Below, in pieces: positions 52,072-64,000 of a DNA stretch of 64,000 bases; position 1 is the stretch's first letter, and every line of letters starts with the position of its first letter. The notes under the pieces were generated by a model. That model was not told the DNA's origin. It saw nothing but the letters and a program-made list of their open reading frames with translations, and searched no databases. Origin of the DNA: Psilocybe cubensis. Its lineage: Eukaryota. The translations under genes were made by a program, and so were the position numbers. The stretch lies in contig CM038998.1 in NCBI GenBank assembly GCA_017499595.2, positions 372,001 to 436,000 on the forward strand. The letters are read 5' to 3'.

Positions 52072-55000
52072 ATGTCGACAAACATTTCAGTTCTATCCGG
52101 AGAAGATCAGGAATCCAGTTCCATTAAAACTGCACGCTCCCATAGCAATATGTCAACCATTGCCCCCGTACAACCACCGCCAGCGGAAACTTTTCATGAC
52201 ACGTCTGAGTTTGTTCGTGACCGTGATGTTACGGGTACGTTAATTAAATCACGTACGTGTCAATGACGTGTTGTACTAACCAACACCGTGTAAACGATGC
52301 ACCTATAGATAGTGAAGCAGATGACGAGTTTGGCTTGGAGTTGGAATTAACAATTGAAGATCTATTTGCTCTTGATGAACTTGAACGTGAAGAGTTGCAA
52401 AAATGGGACAAAAAGGCAAAGCAGGGCAATAGTAAGCAATTAACTACTTTGCAACATTCCTTTACACTCGTTATATTTACTGTTTATCTATACCCATAGA
52501 ATCAGCACCCGAATCCCTCTCACCAATAGCCGAAGATCAGCAGTCAACAGTAACAGATGCCGCTCATATATCCGTTAGGAGTGAGAAGGAGGATCAAACT
52601 CCGTCTCAAATAACCCTTGCACAGCTTCGTGAAGTTGCTTTGCGCTCACAGCGCCGTACGTGTGGATATTTTTGTAAGAGCATTGTACTAACAGTACTCA
52701 TTTTAGAGCCATTTTTTACCCCATATGCTACATACGAGGATAGCGAAACGGATGATGATGCAGACATTAGTGATTGTGAAGACGAGCCCGGGAAACAAAA
52801 ACAAGAGCCTTCTAAGCCAAATGCGAAAGAGAAGCAATCAGGTAAGTTCCGTATGTCTGTGACACTGTATGGGCTTTATATCTCAATGTTGGATTTAATA
52901 GGCTGGTTTAAAAGACCGCAGCATATGCCGGAATGGCTATATGACTTTTTTGTGACTACGGTGCAGCCACTAATCTACGCAAAGCACGGCAGAAAGCGTA
53001 GAATGCCTGCCATGTTTTCCGATAACACTCGAGCATATGCGCCGCTGTCATTCTGGATAAATCCTCCCGAGCCTTGCATTTTACTTTCTAAGTATCGATT
53101 CAATCTTCCCACGCTCTGGCGCCCACGGATCTATGTCTGGATTCCTCACGACTTTGTGAGATCTATGTGCTGCCCAAACTGTGGAAGTCCTCTAGAGAAG
53201 AATGGAGCCTCACGTCCCCGTCGAATTATTGACATTGAAGACAATTTTTATATTGTAACATGGAAATATTACTGCCGTGACGGGTGCAAGTCGGCATTTC
53301 GAGGTTGGAACACAGCCATAATCAATTCTTTGCCTGCATACCTGCGATTGGCCTTTCCAGCGGTGCTTTCTCGCCGGAGCGGTGTCTCCACGCGCCTTTT
53401 ACGTCAACTCCGAGTTTGTAACCAACATAAAATGGGTCCGAGTGGCTATCGGTCAATGTTGCTTGAAAATCACACTTTCAAATTCAACCAAATTCAAAAC
53501 CAATATCTCGAGGCAGTTTTTGAGATGGTTCGTGGACAGCAGCATGCGGCATCAACAGGACAGGAAACATTGCATGCATTTGTTCCTCCAAAGGCTGATT
53601 CATTTGGGAACTTTACGGACCTCGACAAATATGCTGGATTTGTTCCAAGCGAGCGATACCTTGCAAGCATGATGAATAAAGCTATTGAATGGGATGAGGG
53701 AGATGCTAACCAGCACACTGCGTGTCTTGCTCCCGACCAAATTGCAATTGATGACTCACACAAGGTAGCGTTGTCAAATATGTTAGATATATTACATTTA
53801 TTCTATCTAATCTCCCTTGTTTTAGGTCAATAAACATATTGCAAAAGTTGATGGTGTACCGGTTTTTACCGCACTATTTACATGCATGGACTCGAAATAC
53901 ATACGAGGACAGGCATTGACGCTCACCAAGTCTCATGAAGAACGTGCAGGTCCCCTGCAGCAAATAGCTAATTCAATACATCGCTATGGACACGATAGAC
54001 CAAGTGTCATGTACTCTGATGATCCAGTCAAGGTAAGCTCATATATGAATATTTCTATCAGTAAGAAGGTCTTAAAATTAGCCTATTCTAAGGACAAACC
54101 GCTTCTATCCAGTGCTTTCCCGGAACTCTTTGAAGATTTAACACCAACAGCGGCTGCTCATGGCTTGACAGCGCTCAACTTACCTAATGACATCAAAGTG
54201 TCCTGGCTGGCATCGTGGGATGTGACAGAATCTACACTTTCTGCTCTCATGTCGTCGCTTGATTCTGATTCTGACCAATATCTGTGTGTTAGCCTTGATG
54301 CTGAATGGAACTTGTCACGCAAAATTGGAGTGTCAATCATTCAAATTGCCCCTCACAACCTTCCAAATATTATCTATATCATACCCGTACGTGATAATCC
54401 AACTATATTTAAACAGTACCGTGACCAACTATTATCAAGGTTCATAAATTTGGTGACAGACTACCACCATCACTCCTCCGGCTTTTAATATCAAACCAAG
54501 TCTTTAAAGTTGGATCCGGGATCAAGGGCGACATCACTCGATTGAAAAAACAGTTTCCAATTCTAAGCTCGCAGCTGACTTTCAACGTCATTGACTTGAA
54601 AGAATACTGCATTGAGCGTGGATTAATTGCGCGAAAGGCATCTGGATCGCTTGAAGCTCTATGTGAGGGTATTCTCAAGCAGTACCTTCCCAAAGAGCAA
54701 CGGCTCAGACGATGTGAGGACTGGGAACTCAAATCACTAAGCGCCGACCTTCTTCATTACGCTGCACGTGACGTCTTTGCATCGCGCATACTTTTTGAAA
54801 AGGCAATGGAATGCGCGCCTATTTCCCGTCCACGGTTTGACTCACCGGCCGGAACACCTATTGCTCTTCTTTCTCAGGAAGGTAGCGACCCAATTGCATA
54901 TGGTGTCATATCTCCCAATCAACCAACATCACTCGGAAACATTCGGGTTAAAACACCAAATCGCAACCGCCTTGTCCTTGATATAAGCACTGTACTATCA

Positions 55001-57514
55001 CCCTCGGCCGCTGTTATGCTTCATTTGCCATCACTGGGACAGAACCGAAAGGGAAAGACAAAATCGGGAGCTCTTACATTAGAGCAAATACGGGCGTCAT
55101 CCTTGGATCCAAAAACATCCACGTTTAAAATTGTTGCACCGCTCTTGTTAATCGAATTTGATTTTCGAGCATCACCGTCTAAGGTAAGTAAACTGTTACA
55201 ATGAATGTGAATCCATATTAACCCTCAAAATTTCAGTTAATTGACAATACATTGCAACCTAATGACGTGGCATCCAATCAGCGCACAGTTTTAAAGGACA
55301 ATCAGCGGCTTACCGGGTCTAGTACCAAGGAGGATAGCTTGTTGGATGATACTGCCTCTGTGGTCGATGATTTAATCGATGAAACTGAGGTGTCATCTCA
55401 AGACACATTGGATCTGGTTGCTTTGGACATGCTCGAGGCATACTCAAAGGTTGAAAATTCCGAAGGTTTGTTAAATAAAGCTTGCAATGATTGATTTAGT
55501 CTCATATTCATTAAATATCATTAGATACTCAAATAGTGCGGCCTACCACCCAGCCCTCTATTGTGGATACTCTTCAAAAGTTGATTAATTCACCACCCGA
55601 CGCAAAATCCGAGTATACACGCGTGAAGAAGGATATTTTCCACGCATTTCATATGATTCCCATGTCAGTAAATCATGGCGCACGTCCATCTTTTCTCCGT
55701 GCCATGCGTGATCATTTGATGCGCTGGGACCCCACAATCCAAATGGTAGTCGATGAAGCCTGCCGGAAACACTTTAACCTTACGTTTGAGCAAATGCTAC
55801 TCAGAAATCCTCGATTTATTGCCGAACGCACCCCACGATATGTCCCCTCTCCAAGTGTCCTTGTTCCCGCTCTAAAACTGGTCTTTGAGACATTCGGAAA
55901 CGCCTTGGATGTCAAGACAGGATTGCCATTATTCAATGCAGATGCACATCAGAAGGCCAACGCTGTAATTGAGCTTGCACGCGAAGGCTACCTCTCTGAC
56001 ATTGAAGGAGTTGTCCTATACGAGCGAGCAGGAATTGACAAATATGGCCTTCAAAAGTATAAATGCTTACGTGGAACAAACAATGTTGAAGGCGGCCCAC
56101 ATGGTGACATTTACCGAAAGTTTGGCGCTCTTCATGGTGAGCTTTTAATTGCTTAGATATTTTTATAGGACTGATTTTTTTGGATTTTTTGTTATAAAGC
56201 GGGTCCAAGACTCACCGTTAACTGCCTGACTGATCATAGAACATGGTACAATCTACAGGTCAGTTGTTAACATTCTTCATTGACAAGGACTAATAATGTA
56301 CTTGTTTCCAGGCATTTGCAAAACATGTCTTTGGCGTAGACTGGGATTATCACCACGATATTGCATTGATAAACCGAACTTCCTTTCTTCTAAATTATCT
56401 ATCTGATACTATCGATGGATCGGCCTCATATACCGAGTGGATCAATGGGGATCTTTATGAAAGAACTAACGAGGAGTTTGGGATCTGCAAGTTTCCGGGT
56501 AAATTTTAATTTACTAACTTTCTATTGCTCATACTCATGCTGTTTAGATTCACTTCGTATTCGACTGGGAATGGAGTCATATAGCACTCAGGCTGAAGTC
56601 GAGTATCGTCTCAGCTCCAGTGACAGTTGGCTTCGTAAGCGACAAGGCCTGGCTCTTCCAGTATTGCCACCAACGACACTGGAGGCCCGGAAGTATTTCT
56701 TTTCAAAAATTCGCGATTTTGCTGCTCTGGCCAATGATGCCGGCCAAAGTCGGATCAATTTTGAAGCATTTGCGCAGGAGTGGAACCGAACAGCAAACGG
56801 AAAGGATCGAGTATACATTACTACTGAGGTACTAGCAGCCTACTCCAAAACATGGGAAAAAACAACCAATATTTGGGCATCACAAGAACTCATTCAAGAC
56901 AAGCTCGAGGTTCTTCAACAGACAGCAAATGTATTTGCTGCAGAGAAGCAAACCTTTCCAGTATACCTGTCTGGAACATCCGTCTCAACACAGCCTCGAC
57001 ACGGAGTGATTGAAATACCGGAGTCATCGCAATCAGGCAATGTTCCATCTTCGCTCTCTGTTGGTCTTTCAATATCCCGTCCCGCATTACCCACTCCTGG
57101 CCCTACACAGAATATTGATAACTCTGTGATTGATCCCCACTTACTATCTCTTTCTGGTCCAAGGCCTCGTGGCTTAGTGCGGTGAGTATTCACACTGTGG
57201 TTCTCTATCTCAATTTCTCAATTTAATCTCATTGCATCCCGTGTAGTACAGTGTCTGTAACACCGTCACTGGAAAGTCAAAATGAAGACTTGAATATTAC
57301 AAATGAGCGTCCAGCAAAGCGCCGACGCACTGTCCCTGAAAGCGAACGTAAACGTTCCATTCGTAAATGTCGTCGATGCCTCAAAACTACGTGTGCAGGG
57401 AACAGTAATGTACTCAACTGTACCGTTGAGTGCAAGGTTCCGTGTAAAAAATGCAAGCGCACAACAGATTGTCGAGGCGTGGATGGCGGTCGATTCTGCA
57501 CATGGGAAGGGTAG
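52072..57514 (+). CDS. Transposase: Zn ribbon (DUF6729/zf-ISL3-like) + DDE core + inserted DEDDy 3'-5' exonuclease + C-terminal Cys cluster (~14 exons, ~1,550 aa)
   Basis: CPNCG...RRIIDIED...KYYCRDGC; IAIDDSHK; VMYSDDP; exonuclease motifs SLDAEW / IKGDITRL / HYAARDV; RVKKDIFHAF; KCLRGTNNVEGG; RKCRRC...C...C...CKKC...C...C. All exons join in frame through GT-AG introns. The start codon is tentative. Confidence 0.85.
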
Positions 57515-59438
57515 TAATATCATTTTTAATGCTTTATTAACAATTAGAAATATACAGTCGGCCGTGTTCATGACTTTTAAACTACAAGTATTCTACCGAA
57601 CGTCAAGTCCTTTGCAAATTCAGAGTTCAATGTCTCACGCTTTTGGATACACGTGATGCCAGTGAAACATTGGTAATCCCTCTCCATTTTCCTCTTTTTT
57701 TCTTCATTTTTCGCATTCAATACCCACCCCCATCGACGGAAAACCGTATTTGGCCCTGTCCAATTAGGCTTAGTAAGTCAAAGTTCAAGGTCCGCTTTGT
57801 GACTGATGTGACGAAATTGCGGCCCTCTTGTCAATAACGACGGTTTTGACTGGCTTCCACCATCTTCAATCCCCTTCCCATTGCCATTCCTATGGAGGCT
57901 TTCATTTCATGCCTGTACATAGTAGAATATTAAGATTTTGCTCTCCATGAAGCACTGACCCGACATATCATGGCGCGAGAATGACAATTTTTTGTTATGG
58001 CACTTTCTCACGGAACTGGAAAGGAACAAGTACTACAGAATTATGAAGGTAGTCATTCATAAATATTTCGTGAACGGTTTTCAGTGGCATGGTGATGATT
58101 TTTGTGGTACAGGCCGGTGCTATCCAACAATCTACGTTGATTAAAGATTATCTACGCTGCCTACGTCATTGGGAGTGACATCGAAGTGACAGTCCGAGAC
58201 AAGGCCAAGCACAGTCGGACTTTGAATCATCAAATCGGTGGCATCGAAATACGACCGACTAGTCCGGTCGTATTTCAATTCAGAAGGTCCCTAATTAACA
58301 CCGTGCTTCCCTTGAACTATTCCTCCTACAATTCGTATGCCAACAATACTACTGAGGAACGTTTGAGTTATAGAAAAGAATGAGCATGTAATATTCATTG
58401 ACTGAAAGCCTAGAACCCTGATCAGGGTGTGCTTAGCCAAACACGCATGGTAAATTTCGTCTAGTCACTTACTTGTCTAGTCATTCGAACAGTATGTGCG
58501 AACGTGTAATTGGCGGATCACGAAGGCACCTTGCGCCCACAACAAAGAAAATTGTTGCTAGAAGTACACGTCGATCAATGACGGGTGATCATTGGTGTAC
58601 AGATTTTCATCTTCAGGGCCCAGGCTTTAAGGAAAACTCTGGCGCAGCTTTGACTGATGACCTGGCATTTGATGCCCTTTCATTGGCATCAAGTGTTCAT
58701 CCTAGACGTCAAGTGGCTAGATAATATCCTACATAGACTTTGCCCACTGACCTTGAACGAAAGTATAATTTTCCATACTGGTTACTCCCGATTTTAGGTA
58801 GCATGTTTAATATACTTGGTAGTTTAATAAAGTATTGTTCAAGAGGCTTGAATATGTGTCCCTGTCCTGTGAGCCGTTGCTTCGCAGGATGAGAGCCTGC
58901 GAGCCAATTACTTTCTACTTGCTTTGTATGAGCTTTCTTCGCCCTTACAGCTGGGCGGTAATGCCAGCACAAAAGCAGAATGCCGCCATAGAGAAAGAAT
59001 CATTTAAAATGTGTGGTAAATCGAGCGCTTTGCAAGAACGACTTTGGCCCCTGATTAAATCTCAGCCTACAGACGCAAGTGGATAGAATTAAATTAGATG
59101 ATCACGGAAAATTGTGCAGTTATAGCCATGCATAAGGCATACCTGCCTGGTCTTATTTTGAATTTCATTCGAACACGGGGAAGGTCACCTTGTAAAGGTA
59201 AAGCCTCTCAGAGAAGGAGGTCTGGTAGCTGCTTGGAAGCTACACAATAGTTGATAACTTTTTGCCAAATCGATCCAGCGTCACTGTAATGAACACTTGA
59301 CCTGAGCGTGCGCCATGCGCCAACTTAATAGTGCTATGTATCCGATACATGATGCGTGAGGAATGGATTGATGCCGCCTTTGGTACAGCACGATTCGGCT
59401 GGATTGCTTTAGTACGATGTATCTGCTTGACGCGAAGA

Positions 59439-59445
59439 TATATAA
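59439..59445 (+). promoter_or_regulatory. TATA box of family copy D
   Basis: TATATAA 92 bp upstream of ATG 59531. Confidence 0.55.
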
Positions 59446-59530
59446 GCCAGCAAATTTCTCCAAGAATTCTCAAGTTCTACCTCTCCAAGAACTCCTGAGT
59501 CTCAAGCTTCACACAGCCTTTACTTCAAAA

Positions 59531-62382
59531 ATGTCTAAACAAACCAACAAGTTAATCTTTCGCAACTGTGAGCTCGATGCGTCACATAGATTACCTGATC
59601 GCTAACTACTAGATAGTCTTAACCCCCGATTATCCGTCGACCAAGGCGACTGCGTTCGTAAGTATTGTCTTTTTTACAATACAGCACATTTTTTTTACAT
59701 TTATACCACAGACGCCAGATATCATCCCACATTATGGCAACACAATCGATCCGGCACATTTGATCGACGAATATCGCCTGTTCATCAGCCTACCCGTCCA
59801 ACCAAATGAGATAAACAACGTGTACATACGAGGAAAAACGACCTCCAATATGTCGCAAGAATCTAAAACTGCTGTTGTTCTTCGAGCCGTACCTAGTGAG
59901 CTCATCTTGTGGCCTCAAGTGTGGAACAAAGTGAAGCCTACTGGCCCGGGGCCCTTGGTTATGGATACTTCTACCCCAAACAAAGGTAAATGCTCAATAT
60001 CATTGGCAGAAATTCAGTACTGAAGACCATTCAGTGGTTGCTCCGGCTACGCCTTTCCAATTCACGCCATCCAATATGTGCGGTTTCAACTTTGCATTAA
60101 TTGCCACACAGGCTCCAGTACCGAAAATGGAACCAAACACCCGTCTGAGGGATGCGTTGCCGTCTCCTCCTGCGGATGTTAAGAACTGGAAAGAGTTCGT
60201 CCAATTTTTGAACAATGACAATTCAACAGTCTACTATAATGTATGTCTAATTATGTTACATCCATTTAAAAAAACGAGCGTTAACCATGAATGACTAGGT
60301 CATTGTTGCGGATCCAAAAGCTCCTGTAATCAGTGTCTCTACGCGTCTTCGTGTTGTAGACGACGGCACTGTCCCGCTTGACTTCAGAATTACCATTGAG
60401 GTACTTAACCTATTGCGGGTGGTCATGATGCAAAAGTTCTGAACATGTTACAGACCTCAATGATGCCAGAGGGAACCTTTGTATCTCTCTCTTCTTCAAC
60501 TGGCATAGTCAGCCTTCAGAAGTCTGTTTTGGTAGATGATATTGGAGTTCGGGTTAATTTAGCGCCCGGGTTCGACGACACCATTACTCTTAATATCTTC
60601 CCAGGACCCGAGGACACCATCGAGACATTCGCCTGGGTATCTCTTCAGGCCAGTATTGTTACACCCCAGACAGAACCTGCCGGAGGCACCCCAATCAGCA
60701 ATGTTGTCTTGCTTGGCGCTCTGAACATCGTTTTCCATGATGACGCTACCACTAATTTGAGGCACGCAAGTCATGCAGCAAACGAGCTTAGGAAGCATGT
60801 TATTCAGGCACAGGCAGAAAACAAGGTCGACATGGTTCATGCTGCTGCTGCCATTGCCCAGAATACGAATGTGAGAGGTTCTGCAACTGGATGGTGGTTC
60901 CGTGATGCTATGGGAGATCCAAACTACTTCCCACGGACAGTTAGTTTGTGTCATTCACCTGGTAGGATTCCACTCGTTTGTTTAAAAACATTATTCTGAC
61001 GTCTGCGCTATATAGACATTCAACCCGTAGGCACAAGGCCTATGTCCAATTCTCAACAAATTCTCGGTTGGTCAAATTCCAATGTGGATTATACCGACGT
61101 GAATCGCGTAGCTCTTCAACAAGGAGCGCCGAACTACATTTATCTGCGTGGGAATTGCACTTTGGGCAACGATTATCCTGTGCAAATGCGACTCTTCTAT
61201 GTCCCAAACGCTTTGCTCCTTTACCCACCTATGTATTCACAGTTCTCAGTCACTGACCTGGACGATCATAGCGACCCATTTACCGCTATTCGAACCATCA
61301 AGTCTACGAACTACAACAGTTTCAATGTGGTGGACAAGGCCTTCGACCTCTTAAACCCTTTGCCCCCACCGCCGGGAAGTGACCACTACTGTCTCATTGC
61401 CGAGGCCCGCAGTCCTACTTTTGACAATCCTGATCCACACTGGCCACATGAAGACACTGGTGCATTTGGCTCAGGTAATTAATTACCTTTATTGAATAAA
61501 ATACTTCAGCCAAATGACCATTGGTTTTCTAGGTGCCGGGTTCAACGCATGGATTGGTAGTACTCCTACTGTCAGCTGGAGAAACATTGGTTATCAATCC
61601 GGCGGTGCTCAGCTCATAGTTAGTACGAATGTCACCATTCCGCCTTATTTATACTCGTCGTCTACCAACTGGACTGTGGAAGTAGACGCCCAGAATGCCC
61701 CTGTCGGTTCTTCTTGTGCGTATTCATTTATTCTATTTCAGACTGGGCATGGAGCATTTTAAATTATCATCTACTGCAGGGGCGTTAACTGGAAACGGGC
61801 CTTCGATCCCAGGTCTCGACATCGGGTTTTCTCTCTCGCCAATTACGTCTTCAAACATGGTCTGCACGCATTTTGGTTTTCGAAGTATATTCTGACTTAC
61901 GGAACCACTATAGATCCAAGGATGCCACTTTACTGGACTTCCGGTTACCGGATATACGTTCTCTGCCGTACTGCAATGGTTCTCCAATGGTAAGACTGCT
62001 GGAGACAACATGAAAATCTCTTTGCTTCTGTATACGACCGACGCAGGCCCAGGCCCTGGGTAAGCTTCTTAATTCAGGATACATCCACAAATGCAAGTTG
62101 AATCAAAATGCCAGGCCAATCCGGTTTAAAGAAGCCACTCCTGCCAAGACTCTTCCCAAAGAGGCAGCCAATTGGCCATTTACGGTCGGTATACATCATC
62201 CAGGAATAGAAGACAAAGGCGACGGCAAAAAGAAACACACAAAATATTTGGGACATCGCTTCAAGAAGGCCGGGGCCAACCATTGGCCTCATATGAAGGT
62301 GGACAAAATAACCAAGTTAACCGGTATCGTGCCTACTCGCATCTATTCTATTGGATCGGACCACTGGAACGTGAGGGTCTGA
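59531..62382 (+). CDS. Uncharacterised tandem-domain protein family, copy D (11 exons)
   Basis: MSKQTNKLIFRNF|LTPDYPSTKATAF|TPDIIPHYGN... with equivalent intron positions to copies A and C and an open frame through DHWNVRV-TGA. Confidence 0.9.
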
Positions 62383-62815
62383 TCAGTCATCAAAATGTTT
62401 GCTGTGCATTCTACTTCGAATCTTTTCACAATCACTTAGAAATTTGCTTGCTTATATCACATTCCCGGGCTTGCTGTTGCCCCAAGTAACATGCACTTTG
62501 TATACGTCGAAAAACCAATTTACCTTGACTTTTGTTTGCCGTTTCAGCCTTATGTGACTTGTTCATCGTCCGCCAATGCTTCAAATCATTCAGTTCCACC
62601 GTTTTCCTCAACCGAGACACTCAAATTTCACCTCTTCTAGAGATAGCGGTGAATATATAACGATATAGACACGGGTAATAACAAGTGTGTATAGCAAAAC
62701 AGACAAAAGAGAATATGTGCAAAATGAACCCAGCGAGTCCGTACCGGGCAGATATGTAGGTGGATGAATTGATGAGATGAAAGTGGAGATAAATGTTTAT
62801 GTGAGAATGGGGCAA

Positions 62816-63420
62816 TTTTTTTTTTTTTTTTTTTGTGTTAACGCCTCTAAGGGGAGGGCCCCTCCTTTGGCTTTGTAGCTACTCTTCTACCTAAGCAGCT
62901 CCCTGAGCTGTGAAACGGCCTTCTTTGGCCTGCCCTTGCGCTCTGAGAGGCCCTCACGTCCTCTCACTGAGCCCAGTCTATCCTAGACTGTTTAGGGTAG
63001 CACCTCCGGCGCCTCTTTTTAGGCTTCTCTTCCTCTACTTTTCCTCCTTTCTTCCGTTTCTTGTCCCTATTTTGCGCCTTCCGGCGGCTAGGTTTGTTTT
63101 GTTGCCTTTTCTCAGTCTTCTTCCCCCTGAGAATGGGGCATATGTGATTGTGAACGAAACAGAAATAGAGATAGAAAAGATGAAAAAGGGAAACAAGCAC
63201 TGACATCTATAGGTAGAAAAAAAAGGCAAAGGAAAAAGAAGATATTGCATGGATGGATGGGGGCATGGAAGAGGGGAAATGCGTAACAGTCTTTAAAGAG
63301 ACGAGAGATATGATACGAAAGGGAAACAATGCCAGAGAAAGGACGCGGACATCCCCGCTTCATGGATAGTACAATCGTGTGGGTAGGGGGTAGGTGAGCG
63401 AGCATGCATGTCCGTGAAAG
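62816..63420 (-). mobile_element. Possible 3' end (poly-A tail and UTR) of a non-LTR retroelement; right boundary uncertain
   Basis: T19 run at 62816-62834 next to a GC-rich stem-loop (AAGGGGAGGGCCCCTCCTT) and strongly skewed purine/pyrimidine tracts. No reverse transcriptase motifs seen. Confidence 0.4.
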
Positions 63421-64000
63421 GTTGGTAGAGGAGAACGAAGAGTCCTACAACGGTGACGCATTGAGAGTTGCCGTCTCCTTCGTTCGTCAGATGAGTACAT
63501 AATTACTTGGTATCAAGCTGGTTCATAGTCATACTGTCTCACTCGGGCCAGTCAGTCGCATATGGTCATATCTTGTAGATTGTAAATAAACCGAATACAA
63601 TGGTAAAAATAGTGAAATGGAGCTTGTTTCTTCTCGAAGTTTGCTAACAAGTAAGGCTAGCCCAGAAAAGGTTTTTGTATTGGACAGGGAGTTGGAACTA
63701 CTAATTTACAACCTGTTCTGGCCCTCTACCAACGGATGTGGGCGGTGGCTGAGTAGTCGACGAGCAACCGTATCCCCTCCTTTTTACTAGCAAAGTAGAA
63801 TTGTTAGTCAGGTAGATTAGGAACCGCTGAGTGCATCAGGGGTCATCCTCTGCACTTCCATCGGTTGCCTATGCCATGGAGAGAAATCGGCCTCCTATCC
63901 GTCGCCCTCTTCATCACCCAAATCTACTACCCGCCTATGTATTACAAAATTGCTAAGCACGACGCACCAGAAATGAGACAGATGACCTACTTACTAGTCT

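Larger units (their letters stand above)
51570..57745 (+). mobile_element. Autonomous-looking DNA transposon of the ISL3/MULE-like DDE group, with TIRs and 8-bp TSD
   Basis: Left TIR GGTTTACCGATCATGGGGGTGGGTA; right TIR (reverse complement) GGTTTTCCGTCGATGGGGGTGGGTA. Perfect flanking duplication GTATTTGG at 51562-51569 and 57746-57753. Encloses one spliced gene. Confidence 0.9.
51524..58290. mobile_element. MITE of ~580 bp (51524-51569 plus 57754-58290) interrupted by the 6.2-kb transposon
   Basis: Left end GGACCTTCAGAATTGAAATACAACCCGACTAGTCGGTCGTATTT matches the reverse complement of 58247-58290 (GGACCTTCTGAATTGAAATACGACCGGACTAGTCGGTCGTATTT). No clear TSD. Confidence 0.75.

Noticed and set aside
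54280-54790. Host WRN/EXD2 or RNase D gene
   Set aside because: The exonuclease is embedded in a DDE-type frame bounded by TIRs and a TSD, with no helicase or HRDC domain.
62910-63405. Hydrophobic and Lys-rich ORFs
   Set aside because: Products of low-complexity purine/pyrimidine tracts rather than credible proteins.

Overview
Intron-rich fungal genomic DNA, most likely an Agaricomycete (many ~50-60 nt GT-AG introns, microexons, basidiomycete-type F-box, Zn2Cys6 and DUF2235 genes). Ordinary genes: two F-box-like genes, histidyl-tRNA synthetase, choline/ethanolamine phosphotransferase, class I/II aminotransferase, RWD/DUF1115 protein, GH28 pectinase, DUF2235 hydrolase, Zn2Cys6 factor, M17 leucine aminopeptidase, bZIP factor and COX6. 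Two things stand out. (1) An apparently intact 6.2-kb DNA transposon (51570-57745) with GG-terminated ~25-bp TIRs and a perfect 8-bp TSD. Its spliced ~1,550-aa protein has the motif order of prokaryotic ISL3-type DDE transposases (Zn ribbon, D, D, DxFH, TNxxEG), with a complete DEDDy 3'-5' exonuclease inserted in the catalytic core. It is nested in the palindromic TIR of a MITE. (2) An uncharacterised gene family with three intact 11-exon copies (~760 aa, no signal peptide, TATA promoters) and one truncated copy fused to a LINE remnant; each protein is an internal tandem duplication of a ~330-aa unit. Also present: a second MITE, a possible LTR relic and a poly(A)-tailed retroelement end. Exon models were assembled by eye and no database searches were run.
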